Assembly (NCBI GenBank): GCA_964637235.1
Contig: CAZWVR010000004.1
Coordinates: 1-49,112 of the forward strand
Length of the DNA: 49,112 bases
Direction of reading: 5' to 3'
From: an uncultured Bacteroidales bacterium
GTDB taxonomy: Bacteria > Bacteroidota > Bacteroidia > Bacteroidales > S143-33
A program made the position numbers and the translations under genes. Under the pieces are notes generated by a model, which saw only the letters and a list, made by a program, of their open reading frames with translations, searched no databases and was not told the DNA's origin. Shown one piece after another: positions 15,637 through 24,996 of this stretch (positions are counted from its first letter, which is position 1; each line of letters begins with the position of its first letter).

Positions 15637-18153
15637 ATGAAGCGTTTTTTATTTTTTGCGATTGTTCTATTTTTTTTGTCTCATTTAACTTTTGCACAAG
15701 TAGCTATAAATACCACAGGAGATTCTCCTGACCCCTCTGCAATGTTGGATATTAGTGCTTCTGACAAAGGACTATTGATACCTCGTGTGGCTCTCACTGG
15801 AACAACAGATAATACAACTATCCCCTCACCAGCCACTGGCTTAATGATATATAACACTGCAACTACAAGCGACGTAGTAGAAGGTTTCTACTATTACGAC
15901 GGCACTAAATGGCAAAGACTGGGAAACAGAGCATATCATTTTGAAAATGGTCTGACTGATAATGGCTCGGGAACAGTGCGCTTCGGAGGTTATCTTTCTC
16001 AAAATACAACTCTGGACTTCGGCTTTAATACTCTTTATTTTAATCTGGACAATACCGGTGATTTTATAATTCAGTCTGATGGAACAGATAAAATTGTTTT
16101 TAATGACAATGGAAATGTGGAATTTAAGGGCAATATTGTTGTTAATGAATATGTTAATTTAGGCACTATATTAGGTTCTACGGGCTATGGATTTAGAACA
16201 AGAGCAGGCAATTTGGAATACAAAAGAAACGATACCTCACAATGGTCTCCCTTCCCTGATGCTGTTCCTTCCGGTGCAACACCTATTTGGTGGTATAAAC
16301 CGCAGGATTCAACTTTTATTCGACCTTTGAATAATGATAATATTCGTATTTATGACGACAACGAAAAATACGGATTTTATTATGATGGTTCTACAAATCA
16401 GTATGGTGGATTTTTCAGAACCCAGTCAGCTGCCGATACAACTTCTGCGGTTGTTGGTTTTTCAGATATTGCAGGCTTGCAAACTTATGGATATTTAGGA
16501 TATAGCGGTAATTATACAAATGTTGCTGGTGATTTATCTCTTGATGGTTCAGCTGTCTATGGTAAAGTAGATGATAAAAAACGTGCCGCAATTTTTGGAC
16601 GAACAACTCGCGACGCTACCATAGCCGCAATTGTTGGTTATTCCGACGTGTGGATAGCTGGTTATTTTTATAGCCGTGATAATGACGAGCGTTCGGCTTC
16701 TCACCCTGCATTATACGGACAAACCCTTGTGGATGTGGATAAATCAGGATATCAAGCTGCTGTGGAAGGTTGGTCTGAATATATTGCAGGAACAGGAAAT
16801 AGAGGCTATACCGTAGGCGGTGATTTCTCCGCTGTCGGACATGAACAGGATGCTATTGGATTGAATATCTACGCTCAATCATATGGATCAAATACTTTGG
16901 CTTATGGTGCTTATTTTAAAGTTGATTCTGCCGAAACAGCTTATGGAATTAAAGTTTTAGCAGGAACACAAGGATTGAGCTCTAATGTTTATGGTGTTTA
17001 CTCCAAAGCCCGTACTGATAAAGGCATTGGAATTATTGGAGTAGGTAGTAATGCCTCTGATTTTTTTAGTTCAGGTGCAGGCGACGGTGTTATTGGCTTC
17101 TCTGATTCAGGTTTCGGAGTTTTGGGATATTACGACGACGACCCTAACGATATGAATAATTATGGAGTGTTGGGATATGATACTTATGTGGCAAACTATT
17201 TTTACCACAACGAAACTCAGACAGATGATGGACAGGCTACAATTTCTGTTGAAAGAGAAACTGCCTCAGGTAATGACGGCACTGATTATAAGATGACTAC
17301 AAGTAATAAGGCTATTGAAGCTATAAATTATTCGGCTGATAATTATTCTTTTGCAATTGCTGGATATGGTTATAATAATGGATATAGAACAGGTGGAGTC
17401 TGGGGAGGTTTATTTGATGGTTCTTATAATATTACTGAGTGGGGAGCTTTGGGATATGCCGCTTCTAATGGTTATGATTATGGAGTTTATTATACAACTC
17501 TTGGGTCTGGTAGTGGTAAAGGAAATAAAAAATCAATAGGTTTAGGTGGATATTCTGACAATATAGGCGGTTGGATATATGGCAAAAATTATGGACTGGT
17601 GCTAAAAAGTGAAAAAAATTCCTTGCTTGTATTGGGAAATGCTTATACAACAGGAATAAATGCTAAAATAACAAAGGATAAAAATAATAATCAGATTGTT
17701 AGTTATTATCCTACTTCTGACTTGCCACGTATAATTTTCTCCGGACAAGCAAAACTCTCGCAAGGTAAAGCTTCTATTACGTTTAAACCTGAATATCAAC
17801 AACTTATATCACCTGATTATCCTATAATTATAACTTTGACACCTATCGGAAAATCAAATGGTTTATACCTTGAAAGCGTCTCTGAAAAAGGCTTTAAAGT
17901 GGCAGAAAATAATAATGGTAAATCTAACATAACTTTTAACTGGATAGCAATTGCAATTACCAAAGATGTAAATACACCTATTGATCAAAATATTTTGTCT
18001 AATGAAATAGAAAATATCATTACAAATGAAGCTGTTCAAAAAAATAATACTGAAAATACTGTAATACAAAGAAAATCAATAAAAAAAGAGCAATTAAAGT
18101 TTAAAAATGATAAACAAATATTGCAGAAAAAAAGAAAAAACGTCTCAAAATAA
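15637..18153 (+). CDS. secreted Gly/Tyr-rich repeat protein of unknown function
   Basis: The in-frame ATG at 15637 gives a signal peptide (MKRFLFFAIVLFFLSHLTFAQ). The N-terminal module is VAINTTGDSPDPSAMLDISASDKGLLIPRVALT...GLMIYNT...YYYDGTKWQRL. The centre has many ..GYSD/GYLGY/GYYD.. units. The tail is Lys-rich, and I saw no recognisable T9SS CTD. Confidence 0.6.
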   Translation: MKRFLFFAIVLFFLSHLTFAQVAINTTGDSPDPSAMLDISASDKGLLIPRVALTGTTDNTTIPSPATGLMIYNTATTSDVVEGFYYYDGTKWQRLGNRAYHFENGLTDNGSGTVRFGGYLSQNTTLDFGFNTLYFNLDNTGDFIIQSDGTDKIVFNDNGNVEFKGNIVVNEYVNLGTILGSTGYGFRTRAGNLEYKRNDTSQWSPFPDAVPSGATPIWWYKPQDSTFIRPLNNDNIRIYDDNEKYGFYYDGSTNQYGGFFRTQSAADTTSAVVGFSDIAGLQTYGYLGYSGNYTNVAGDLSLDGSAVYGKVDDKKRAAIFGRTTRDATIAAIVGYSDVWIAGYFYSRDNDERSASHPALYGQTLVDVDKSGYQAAVEGWSEYIAGTGNRGYTVGGDFSAVGHEQDAIGLNIYAQSYGSNTLAYGAYFKVDSAETAYGIKVLAGTQGLSSNVYGVYSKARTDKGIGIIGVGSNASDFFSSGAGDGVIGFSDSGFGVLGYYDDDPNDMNNYGVLGYDTYVANYFYHNETQTDDGQATISVERETASGNDGTDYKMTTSNKAIEAINYSADNYSFAIAGYGYNNGYRTGGVWGGLFDGSYNITEWGALGYAASNGYDYGVYYTTLGSGSGKGNKKSIGLGGYSDNIGGWIYGKNYGLVLKSEKNSLLVLGNAYTTGINAKITKDKNNNQIVSYYPTSDLPRIIFSGQAKLSQGKASITFKPEYQQLISPDYPIIITLTPIGKSNGLYLESVSEKGFKVAENNNGKSNITFNWIAIAITKDVNTPIDQNILSNEIENIITNEAVQKNNTENTVIQRKSIKKEQLKFKNDKQILQKKRKNVSK

Positions 18154-18159
18154 AAATAT

Positions 18160-21100
18160 ATGCTTATGAAACGGAATTTCTCTTACTTTTGGATGCTGAT
18201 TTTTTTAATTTTTTCATTTGCCGCAATGAAAAGTGAGGCACAGAATGATAATTGGGCATCATTAATGCAAGACCCGACGGCAAATGTCTATAAGGCTAAA
18301 CAAGCCTTTGATAATTATTACAAACATTTTGATCCTACAAAGGAAGTAGAAGAGGACTTTGGGAAAAAAGCCGATGAATTTGAAGCAGATTTTGAGCCTT
18401 ATTCAATTTTTAACCGTTGGTTTAATTTTATGGCTCCTCGTGTTTATCCAACAGGTGAAAGATTTCCCTCTGCAAAACTCTATTACGAATATCAACGTTA
18501 TTTAAAATCAAATCCACAAACGAAAGCCTCTGCTAACTGGACATTTTTAGGTCCTACTCACCCAACAGGATATACTCATAACGGTAATTATAAATCTCCC
18601 GGTGGTAGTGGGCGTGTAAATGCTATCACAGTTGACCCGACAAATTCAAATATTATTTGGGTAGGAACACCTGCTGGTGGGCTCTGGAAATCTACTGACG
18701 GCGGGCAAAACTGGACACTCATTTCTGACCAGTTTACTGTTATGGGAGTCTCCGCTATTGTGATTGACCCCGATAACACAAATATAATGTATATAGGCAC
18801 AGGAGACCGCGACGCTGGCGATACCCATTCTGTTGGTGTTTGGAAATCTACTGACGGCGGACAAACTTGGCAACCTACATCTGTTAGTTTTAGCGAACAT
18901 CAGAACGCCCGTTGTACCAAAATTTTGATGAATCCGCAGAACCATAACATAATGCTTGCATCTTTTAATGGTGTTGTTTACAGAACTACTGACGGATTTG
19001 CTACTAAAACCGCTGTTTTGCAAGATCTTATTTGGGACATGGAGTTTAATCCTTCTAATCCCAATATTGTTTATGCCGCAGGAACAAAATTTTATAAATC
19101 TACCGACGGAGGTCAAACTTGGACTCAAATAACTTCCGGTATCCCTTCCTCTCATGTTCAAAGAATGGAAATAGCTGTCTCTCCTGCTGAACCTAATAGT
19201 GTATGGCTATTAGTTGGTAGAGATAGAACTTACAGATTTGATTTTTACGGTTTGTATAAATCTACTAATGCTGGAAGCAGCTTTTCAACTGTATATGATT
19301 ACCATGATGGCAATCTTTTAGGATGGGACCCCGATGCAGCACCTGCTTCCTCTGGAAATAAAGGTGGACAGTCTTTCTATGATTTATCCTTGGCAGTTAA
19401 TCCTTCAAATCCTAATATAATTTTTGTTGGCGGTGTAAATCTTTATCGTTCTACAAATGGTGGTAGTTCATGGACTTGCTCTGCTTATTGGTTGGAAGGT
19501 GCTGGATATAGCTATGCTCACGCTGACTATCACGCATTGACTTATGTAAATTCTACAACCCTATACGCAGGTAATGACGGCGGTATCTTTGTTTCAACAG
19601 ACAATGGAGACTCTTGGACAGATATTTGTAATAATTTAGGAATAGCACAAGTGGCTCGTATTGGTGTTTCTGCTACTAATCCTAATTTGATATTAGCTGG
19701 TATGCAAGATAACGGAACAAATAAATTTGACGGCTCTACTTGGAGAATTATATATGGTGGCGATGGTTGCGAAGCTATTGTAGATCCCACAGATGACAAC
19801 ACTCTTTATGCTTCATACGTCTATGGTGCTTTATATCGTTCTACTGATGGCGGTAATTCTTGGACTTCTATAAAAGCAACATCCTCAGAACAGGGTGCTT
19901 GGATAACTCCTTATGTAATGGATCCTACTGACCATAATACCCTATATGCAGGTTATGAAAATGTTTATAAAACTACTAATGCCGGTTATTCTTGGACGCG
20001 TTTGGGATATGCTTATGGAAGTGGTCAAATAATAGAACTTGAAGTTGCTCCTTCTGATCCTAATTATATCTACTACATAAAACAGTATTGGGACGGCAGT
20101 TCGCTACATTATTATGTAGGTATGACAAACGATGGCGGAAATTCTTGGCATAATATCGGTGAAGGTTTACCTATTGACCAAGCTGCTCCTACTTCAATAG
20201 CAATCTCTGCTGATAACCCCCAGAAAGTTTGGATAACATTTTCTGGATATGTTGATGGTGTAAAAGTATATAAAACCGAGGACGCTGGTCAGACTTGGAC
20301 TAACTACTCTGATGGATTGCCGAATTTCCCTATGAATGCTATCGTATATCAGAAAGGCTCTAATGATGCCCTTTATGTTGGAGGTGATATTGGCGTTTAT
20401 TATCGTGATAATTCTATGAGCTCTTGGGCTAATTACAGTAATGGTTTGCCGCATACAGTTGTTAAAGAACTGGAAATTTATTATGACGAGGCAAATCCTC
20501 AAAATAGCCGTTTGCGTGCTGCAATGTATGGACGTAGTGTCTGGGAAACTCCTTTGGCTACTACTTCTACAATTTGTTATACTCCTACAAATCTTAGTGC
20601 AGAGCAAATAACTTCTTCTACGGCTAAACTCTCTTGGAACCCGGTATCTGGCGCTCAAAGTTATGACGTTAGATATAAAGCTGTTTCTGCTTCTGATTGG
20701 ACTGTCCAAAATACTACCAATGCTTATTTAAACGTAGGTGGTCTTTCTTTGAACGATACAGAGTACGAATTTCAGGTGAGAACAAATTGCCCTGATGGTA
20801 ATTCCTCTGCTTATTCCGATTCTTATCATTTTGGTTATGTGCCACCAACTTATTGCTCTTCCAGTGGTAATAACTCCTCTGACGAATGGATAAATGCTTT
20901 CAGTTTGCAAGATATTAACAATACTTCCGGAAATAACAACGGATATGGCGATTTTACTAATCTTTCAACTGATTTAGGACGAGGAAGTTCTTATAATTTC
21001 ACAATAGATCCTGCTTGGAGAGATAATATTTATTCCGAAGGATATGCTATTTGGATAGACTTTAATAAAGACGGTGATTTTGACGATCCTGGCGAGCAAG

Positions 21101-24100
21101 TATTTTCTCAATCTCCTACACAAAATGACCCTATAACCGGAACCATTACAATACCTTCTGATGCTCCATTGGGACAAACTCGCTTGCGTGTAGTTTTGAA
21201 ATACAATGCCGTTCCTGACCCATGCGGTTCTTATGAGTACGGCGAAACAGAGGATTATACTGTAAACATTATTGATGCTGTTGATAATCAGCCTCCTACT
21301 GCTCCTACAAATTTGACTGCTTCTAATGTTTCTAATAATAGTGTTGATTTATCTTGGAATGCTTCTTCTGACAACGTAGGCGTTGTAGGCTATTATGTAT
21401 ATAAAAATGGGCAACGTATCACAAACACAACAAATACCTCTATAACAGTATCAGGACTTCAAGCAAATACAACATATGACTTCTACGTTACTGCTTACGA
21501 TGCCCAAAATAACGAGTCTGATGGTAGTAATGTTGTAGAAGTAACAACTCAACCAGATCCAGATAGTATCCCTCCATCTGCACCAACTAATTTGGCTTAT
21601 TCAAATGTCACTCAGTTGAGTGTTGATCTTTCTTGGGAGGCTTCTTCTGATAATGTGGGAGTAGAAGGATACAGAATTTATAAAGACGACGCTTATATCG
21701 CTTCAACCTCTAATACAAGCTACACTGTAAACGGTTTGTCAGCTGGAACTACATATCAATTTTATGTTAAAGCTTATGATGCAGCTGGAAATCTTTCTGA
21801 CCCAAGTAATACCGTGACAGTTACAACTCAGCAACCTGATGTCAGCTACTGCGAATCAAAAGGTAAAAATTCATCAGAGGAATGGATAGATAGAGTTGTT
21901 GTAGGAGATTTAGATCATTCATCAGGTAATAATGGTGGTTATGCAGATTTTACAAATTATGTCGCTAAAATTTATACAAATAATCCAACAGATATAACAA
22001 TATATCCTGCTTGGTCTGGAACAGTATATTCCGAAGGTTATGCTGTATGGATAGACTTTAATCACGATGGTGATTTTGATGATCCTGGCGAACAGGTGTT
22101 CTCTCATGATCCTACACAGGATAGTCCTATAACTGGTTCATTTACAGTGCCTAATTCTGTTCAGACAGGACAAACAAGAATGAGAATTTCTTTGAAATAT
22201 AATGGAATACCAACACCTTGCGAAACCTTTGATTGGGGAGAAGTTGAAGATTATACCGTTGATATCCAAAATGGCGGAGATTTAACACCTCCTTCTGCTC
22301 CTTCAAATCTTTCAGCTTCAAATATTACTTCAACAAGTGTTAAACTCTCATGGATCGCTTCTACTGATAATGTAGGCGTAGATGGATATAAAATTTATAA
22401 AGATGGCTCATTATTGACTAATACTACTGGAACTTCATATACTGTTAATGGTTTGTCTCCTTCTACAACTTATCAATTCTATGTAGTAGCTTATGATGCC
22501 GCAGGTAATACTTCTGATCCAAGTAATACAATTTCTGTAACAACACTTGAAGAAGAGGATACCCAAGCTCCTACTGCTCCTACAAATTTGACTTATTCAA
22601 ATGTTACAGCAACATCTGTAAATCTTGCTTGGGACGCTTCCTCTGATAATAAAGGCGTTCAAGATTATTTGATATTTAAAGACGGAAGTCTTGAAGGAAC
22701 AACAGCAAATACTTATTACACAGTTTCAGGACTTTCCCCCAATACTACTTATCAGTTCTATGTAAAAGCCAGAGATGCTGCTGGTAATGTTTCTGACCCA
22801 AGTAATACAGTGAATGTAACCACTTCAACGTCAGTTAGTTATTGTTCTTCATCTGGTGAAAATGCTTCCGAGGAATGGATCGATAGAGTTGTATGTGGCT
22901 CTATTGATAATCAGTCTGGGTCAAATGGCGGTTATGCAGACTTTACAAATCTTTCTACCTCAATGCCGCAAGGAACAAATCAAACTATTACGGTTTATCC
23001 TGCTTGGTCTGGTTCTGTTTATAACGAAGCTGTTGCTGTATGGATAGACTGGAACCAAGATGGAGACTTTAACGATAATGGAGAACTTGTATTTACCAGT
23101 GAACCTTCTACAACTTCTCCTGTTAGCGGAACATTTACTGTTCCAGCAAGTGCTTTGACAGGAACAACTCGTATGCGTGTATCTATGAAATATAACGATA
23201 TACCAGATCCTTGCGAAACGTTCCAGTACGGAGAAGTTGAGGATTATACAGTTAGTGTTTCCGCTACTAATGATACACAAGCTCCTACTGCTCCAAGCAA
23301 TTTGCATGCAGATAATATAACACAAACAACCGTTGACCTCTATTGGGATGCTTCCAGTGATGATGTGGGAGTCGCTAAATATAACATATATAAAAACGGT
23401 AGTTTATTGGGATATGTACAATCAACATCTGCACATATTACTGGACTCTCCGCAGGAACAACTTATGAGTTTTACGTTACTGCTTTGGATGCCGCAGGTA
23501 ATGAATCCTCTGCAAGTAATACTATAAATGTGACTACCGAAGCTGCTTCTACTCAGTATTGTAGTTCAAAAGGTAATAATGCAACAGAGGAATGGATAAA
23601 GCGTGTTGTTTTAGGTTCTATTGATAACACTTCTGGACAAGATGGCGGTTATGGAGATTATACAAATTTGAGCACTTCTCTTACGCGTGGTAATACATAT
23701 ACCTTATATGTCGTTCCTGAATGGGCAGGCACTGTATATAAAGAAGCTTATGCCGCTTGGATAGATTATAATCAAGATGGTGATTTTGATGATATAAATG
23801 AGCAAATATTCTCCCATTCAGCAACTACTGACTCTTATGTATATGGCTCATTTACAGTGCCTACGAGTGCAGCTTTGGGTAGCACAAGAATGCGTGTATC
23901 TATGGAATATAATGCAATACCCGCTGCGTGCGGCAATTTCTCTTATGGTGAAGTTGAAGACTATACAGTAATTATTTCATCATCAAAAGATGCAGTTAGT
24001 TCAGTAGCTACAAATAAAAACATTAACATTTATCCTAATCCAGCTACTCAGACAGTTAATTTTGTTATGGATAATACAGGAGATTACGTAGTCTATCTAT

Positions 24101-24246
24101 ATAACTCTACTGGTCAGATAGTTAAGAGTTTAAGAGTTTCTTCTGATATAATTCGTTTGAATGTTTCGGAACTTGCTTCTGGGATATATAATGTCAGAAT
24201 TGTTGGAAATAATGCGGTTTATACTGGCACATTTATAAAACAATGA
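18160..24246 (+). CDS. 2028-aa T9SS cargo protein: BNR/Asp-box (sortilin/VPS10-like) propeller, FN3 domains, GEVED domains and a C-terminal T9SS sorting domain
   Basis: Signal peptide. About 10 Asp-box motifs (KSTDGGQNW, KSTDGGQTW, RSTNGGSSW, VSTDNGDSW, and others) between nt ~18580 and 20560. Six FN3-like units. Four units end in GE(V/T)EDYTV. The C-terminus (NIYPNPATQTVNFV...GIYNVRIV...TGTFIKQ) is typical of a type A T9SS CTD. Confidence 0.85.
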   Translation: MLMKRNFSYFWMLIFLIFSFAAMKSEAQNDNWASLMQDPTANVYKAKQAFDNYYKHFDPTKEVEEDFGKKADEFEADFEPYSIFNRWFNFMAPRVYPTGERFPSAKLYYEYQRYLKSNPQTKASANWTFLGPTHPTGYTHNGNYKSPGGSGRVNAITVDPTNSNIIWVGTPAGGLWKSTDGGQNWTLISDQFTVMGVSAIVIDPDNTNIMYIGTGDRDAGDTHSVGVWKSTDGGQTWQPTSVSFSEHQNARCTKILMNPQNHNIMLASFNGVVYRTTDGFATKTAVLQDLIWDMEFNPSNPNIVYAAGTKFYKSTDGGQTWTQITSGIPSSHVQRMEIAVSPAEPNSVWLLVGRDRTYRFDFYGLYKSTNAGSSFSTVYDYHDGNLLGWDPDAAPASSGNKGGQSFYDLSLAVNPSNPNIIFVGGVNLYRSTNGGSSWTCSAYWLEGAGYSYAHADYHALTYVNSTTLYAGNDGGIFVSTDNGDSWTDICNNLGIAQVARIGVSATNPNLILAGMQDNGTNKFDGSTWRIIYGGDGCEAIVDPTDDNTLYASYVYGALYRSTDGGNSWTSIKATSSEQGAWITPYVMDPTDHNTLYAGYENVYKTTNAGYSWTRLGYAYGSGQIIELEVAPSDPNYIYYIKQYWDGSSLHYYVGMTNDGGNSWHNIGEGLPIDQAAPTSIAISADNPQKVWITFSGYVDGVKVYKTEDAGQTWTNYSDGLPNFPMNAIVYQKGSNDALYVGGDIGVYYRDNSMSSWANYSNGLPHTVVKELEIYYDEANPQNSRLRAAMYGRSVWETPLATTSTICYTPTNLSAEQITSSTAKLSWNPVSGAQSYDVRYKAVSASDWTVQNTTNAYLNVGGLSLNDTEYEFQVRTNCPDGNSSAYSDSYHFGYVPPTYCSSSGNNSSDEWINAFSLQDINNTSGNNNGYGDFTNLSTDLGRGSSYNFTIDPAWRDNIYSEGYAIWIDFNKDGDFDDPGEQVFSQSPTQNDPITGTITIPSDAPLGQTRLRVVLKYNAVPDPCGSYEYGETEDYTVNIIDAVDNQPPTAPTNLTASNVSNNSVDLSWNASSDNVGVVGYYVYKNGQRITNTTNTSITVSGLQANTTYDFYVTAYDAQNNESDGSNVVEVTTQPDPDSIPPSAPTNLAYSNVTQLSVDLSWEASSDNVGVEGYRIYKDDAYIASTSNTSYTVNGLSAGTTYQFYVKAYDAAGNLSDPSNTVTVTTQQPDVSYCESKGKNSSEEWIDRVVVGDLDHSSGNNGGYADFTNYVAKIYTNNPTDITIYPAWSGTVYSEGYAVWIDFNHDGDFDDPGEQVFSHDPTQDSPITGSFTVPNSVQTGQTRMRISLKYNGIPTPCETFDWGEVEDYTVDIQNGGDLTPPSAPSNLSASNITSTSVKLSWIASTDNVGVDGYKIYKDGSLLTNTTGTSYTVNGLSPSTTYQFYVVAYDAAGNTSDPSNTISVTTLEEEDTQAPTAPTNLTYSNVTATSVNLAWDASSDNKGVQDYLIFKDGSLEGTTANTYYTVSGLSPNTTYQFYVKARDAAGNVSDPSNTVNVTTSTSVSYCSSSGENASEEWIDRVVCGSIDNQSGSNGGYADFTNLSTSMPQGTNQTITVYPAWSGSVYNEAVAVWIDWNQDGDFNDNGELVFTSEPSTTSPVSGTFTVPASALTGTTRMRVSMKYNDIPDPCETFQYGEVEDYTVSVSATNDTQAPTAPSNLHADNITQTTVDLYWDASSDDVGVAKYNIYKNGSLLGYVQSTSAHITGLSAGTTYEFYVTALDAAGNESSASNTINVTTEAASTQYCSSKGNNATEEWIKRVVLGSIDNTSGQDGGYGDYTNLSTSLTRGNTYTLYVVPEWAGTVYKEAYAAWIDYNQDGDFDDINEQIFSHSATTDSYVYGSFTVPTSAALGSTRMRVSMEYNAIPAACGNFSYGEVEDYTVIISSSKDAVSSVATNKNINIYPNPATQTVNFVMDNTGDYVVYLYNSTGQIVKSLRVSSDIIRLNVSELASGIYNVRIVGNNAVYTGTFIKQ
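20851..23975 (+). repeat. intragenic modular repeats: GEVED1, FN3 x2, GEVED2, FN3 x2, GEVED3, FN3, GEVED4
   Basis: GEVED units: ~20851-21270, 21841-22269, 22837-23260, 23554-23975. FN3 units: ~21292-21552, 21571-21830, 22288-22548, 22567-22824, 23281-23540. Some nucleotide strings recur exactly, for example cctactgctcctacaaatttgact at ~21295 and ~22570. Confidence 0.8.
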
Positions 24247-24256
24247 TTTTTGAGTA

Positions 24257-24294
24257 TTCAGGCTCGGGAGAATATCCTGAGCCTGAATTTTTTA
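24257..24294 (+). terminator. intrinsic terminator after the 2028-aa gene
   Basis: 13-bp stem TTCAGGCTCGGGA / TCCTGAGCCTGAA (one G-U pair), 5-nt loop, then TTTTTT. Confidence 0.8.
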
Positions 24295-24323
24295 GTAAAT
24301 AATTGAAATTTTGAAAAAAATAT

Positions 24324-24331
24324 TATATTTG
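24324..24331 (+). promoter_or_regulatory. -7 promoter box (TAnnTTTG) for rplY-pth-hslR
   Basis: TATATTTG lies 72 nt upstream of the rplY ATG. Confidence 0.45.
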
Positions 24332-24402
24332 CAGCCGAAATTAAACCGGCGTGATGAGGAACTGCCTAAGAGCAGTTTTGAGTAACGCCAAAAATTATTG
24401 AT

Positions 24403-24996
24403 ATGGAAAGTGTTGACATTAAAGTTCACAAACGTACAGATTTAGGCAAAAAAGCCGCTAAAAAATTGCGTAAGCAAGGTATGGTTCCGGGTGTTTTATA
24501 TGGCGGCGAAGAAGTAGTTCATTTTTATGCACCGGAAAGTGCATTTAAGCATATTATTTATACTGACCGGGTTTACATTGTCAACCTTGATATTGATGGC
24601 AAGGTTTATAAAACTATTCGTAAGGCAACGCAATTCCATCCAGTGACAGATAGGTTGCTTCATATTGATTTTTTGGAATTGCACGAAGGTAAACCTGTTA
24701 AGCTTTATGTACCAGTAAAACTTACAGGATTTGCCGAAGGTGTGCGTATGGGTGGTAATTTATTCCAGTTAATGCGTTATATGCGAATAAAAGCTTTACC
24801 TAAGCATTTACCAGACCATTTGGAAATTGATGTTACGAATTTAGGTTTAGGAAAATCTTTAAAAGTTGAACAATTGAGTTTTGAAAATATTGAAATACTT
24901 GAACCTAAGAGTGCTGTTGTTGCAGTTATAAAACTTACCCGTGCTGCTAAGAGTAAGCAAGCTGCCGAAGCTGAACAACAACAAGCTTCCTCATAA
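24403..24996 (+). CDS. rplY: 50S ribosomal protein L25 / general stress protein Ctc
   Basis: 197-aa ORF. N-terminal KRTDLGKKAAKKLRKQGMVPGVLYG, a two-domain Ctc-type length and an acidic/Gln-rich tail. Confidence 0.9.
   Translation: MESVDIKVHKRTDLGKKAAKKLRKQGMVPGVLYGGEEVVHFYAPESAFKHIIYTDRVYIVNLDIDGKVYKTIRKATQFHPVTDRLLHIDFLELHEGKPVKLYVPVKLTGFAEGVRMGGNLFQLMRYMRIKALPKHLPDHLEIDVTNLGLGKSLKVEQLSFENIEILEPKSAVVAVIKLTRAAKSKQAAEAEQQQASS

Noticed and set aside
18588-23527. Multiple 60-171-aa ORFs inside the 2028-aa gene, mostly antisense (for example 18646-19161, 20194-20709 and 22960-23325 on the - strand) plus a few in other + frames (for example 22856-23047 and 23333-23527).
   Set aside because: They are shadow ORFs opposite, or out of frame with, a gene of clear domain content. 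Their translations are low-complexity or Cys/Arg/Ile-rich with no motifs.
20851-23975. Periodic nucleotide repeats that could be mistaken for a CRISPR array or tandem satellite.
   Set aside because: The repeat units are 260-430 nt, in frame, and translate to FN3 and GEVED domains of one continuous ORF. There is no short repeat/spacer organisation.
15622-24400. A possible tmRNA-targeted genomic island downstream of ssrA.
   Set aside because: I found no integrase or recombinase gene, and no direct repeat of the ssrA 3' end (GGTTCGACTCCCC...) downstream up to rplY. The region holds only two surface-protein genes.
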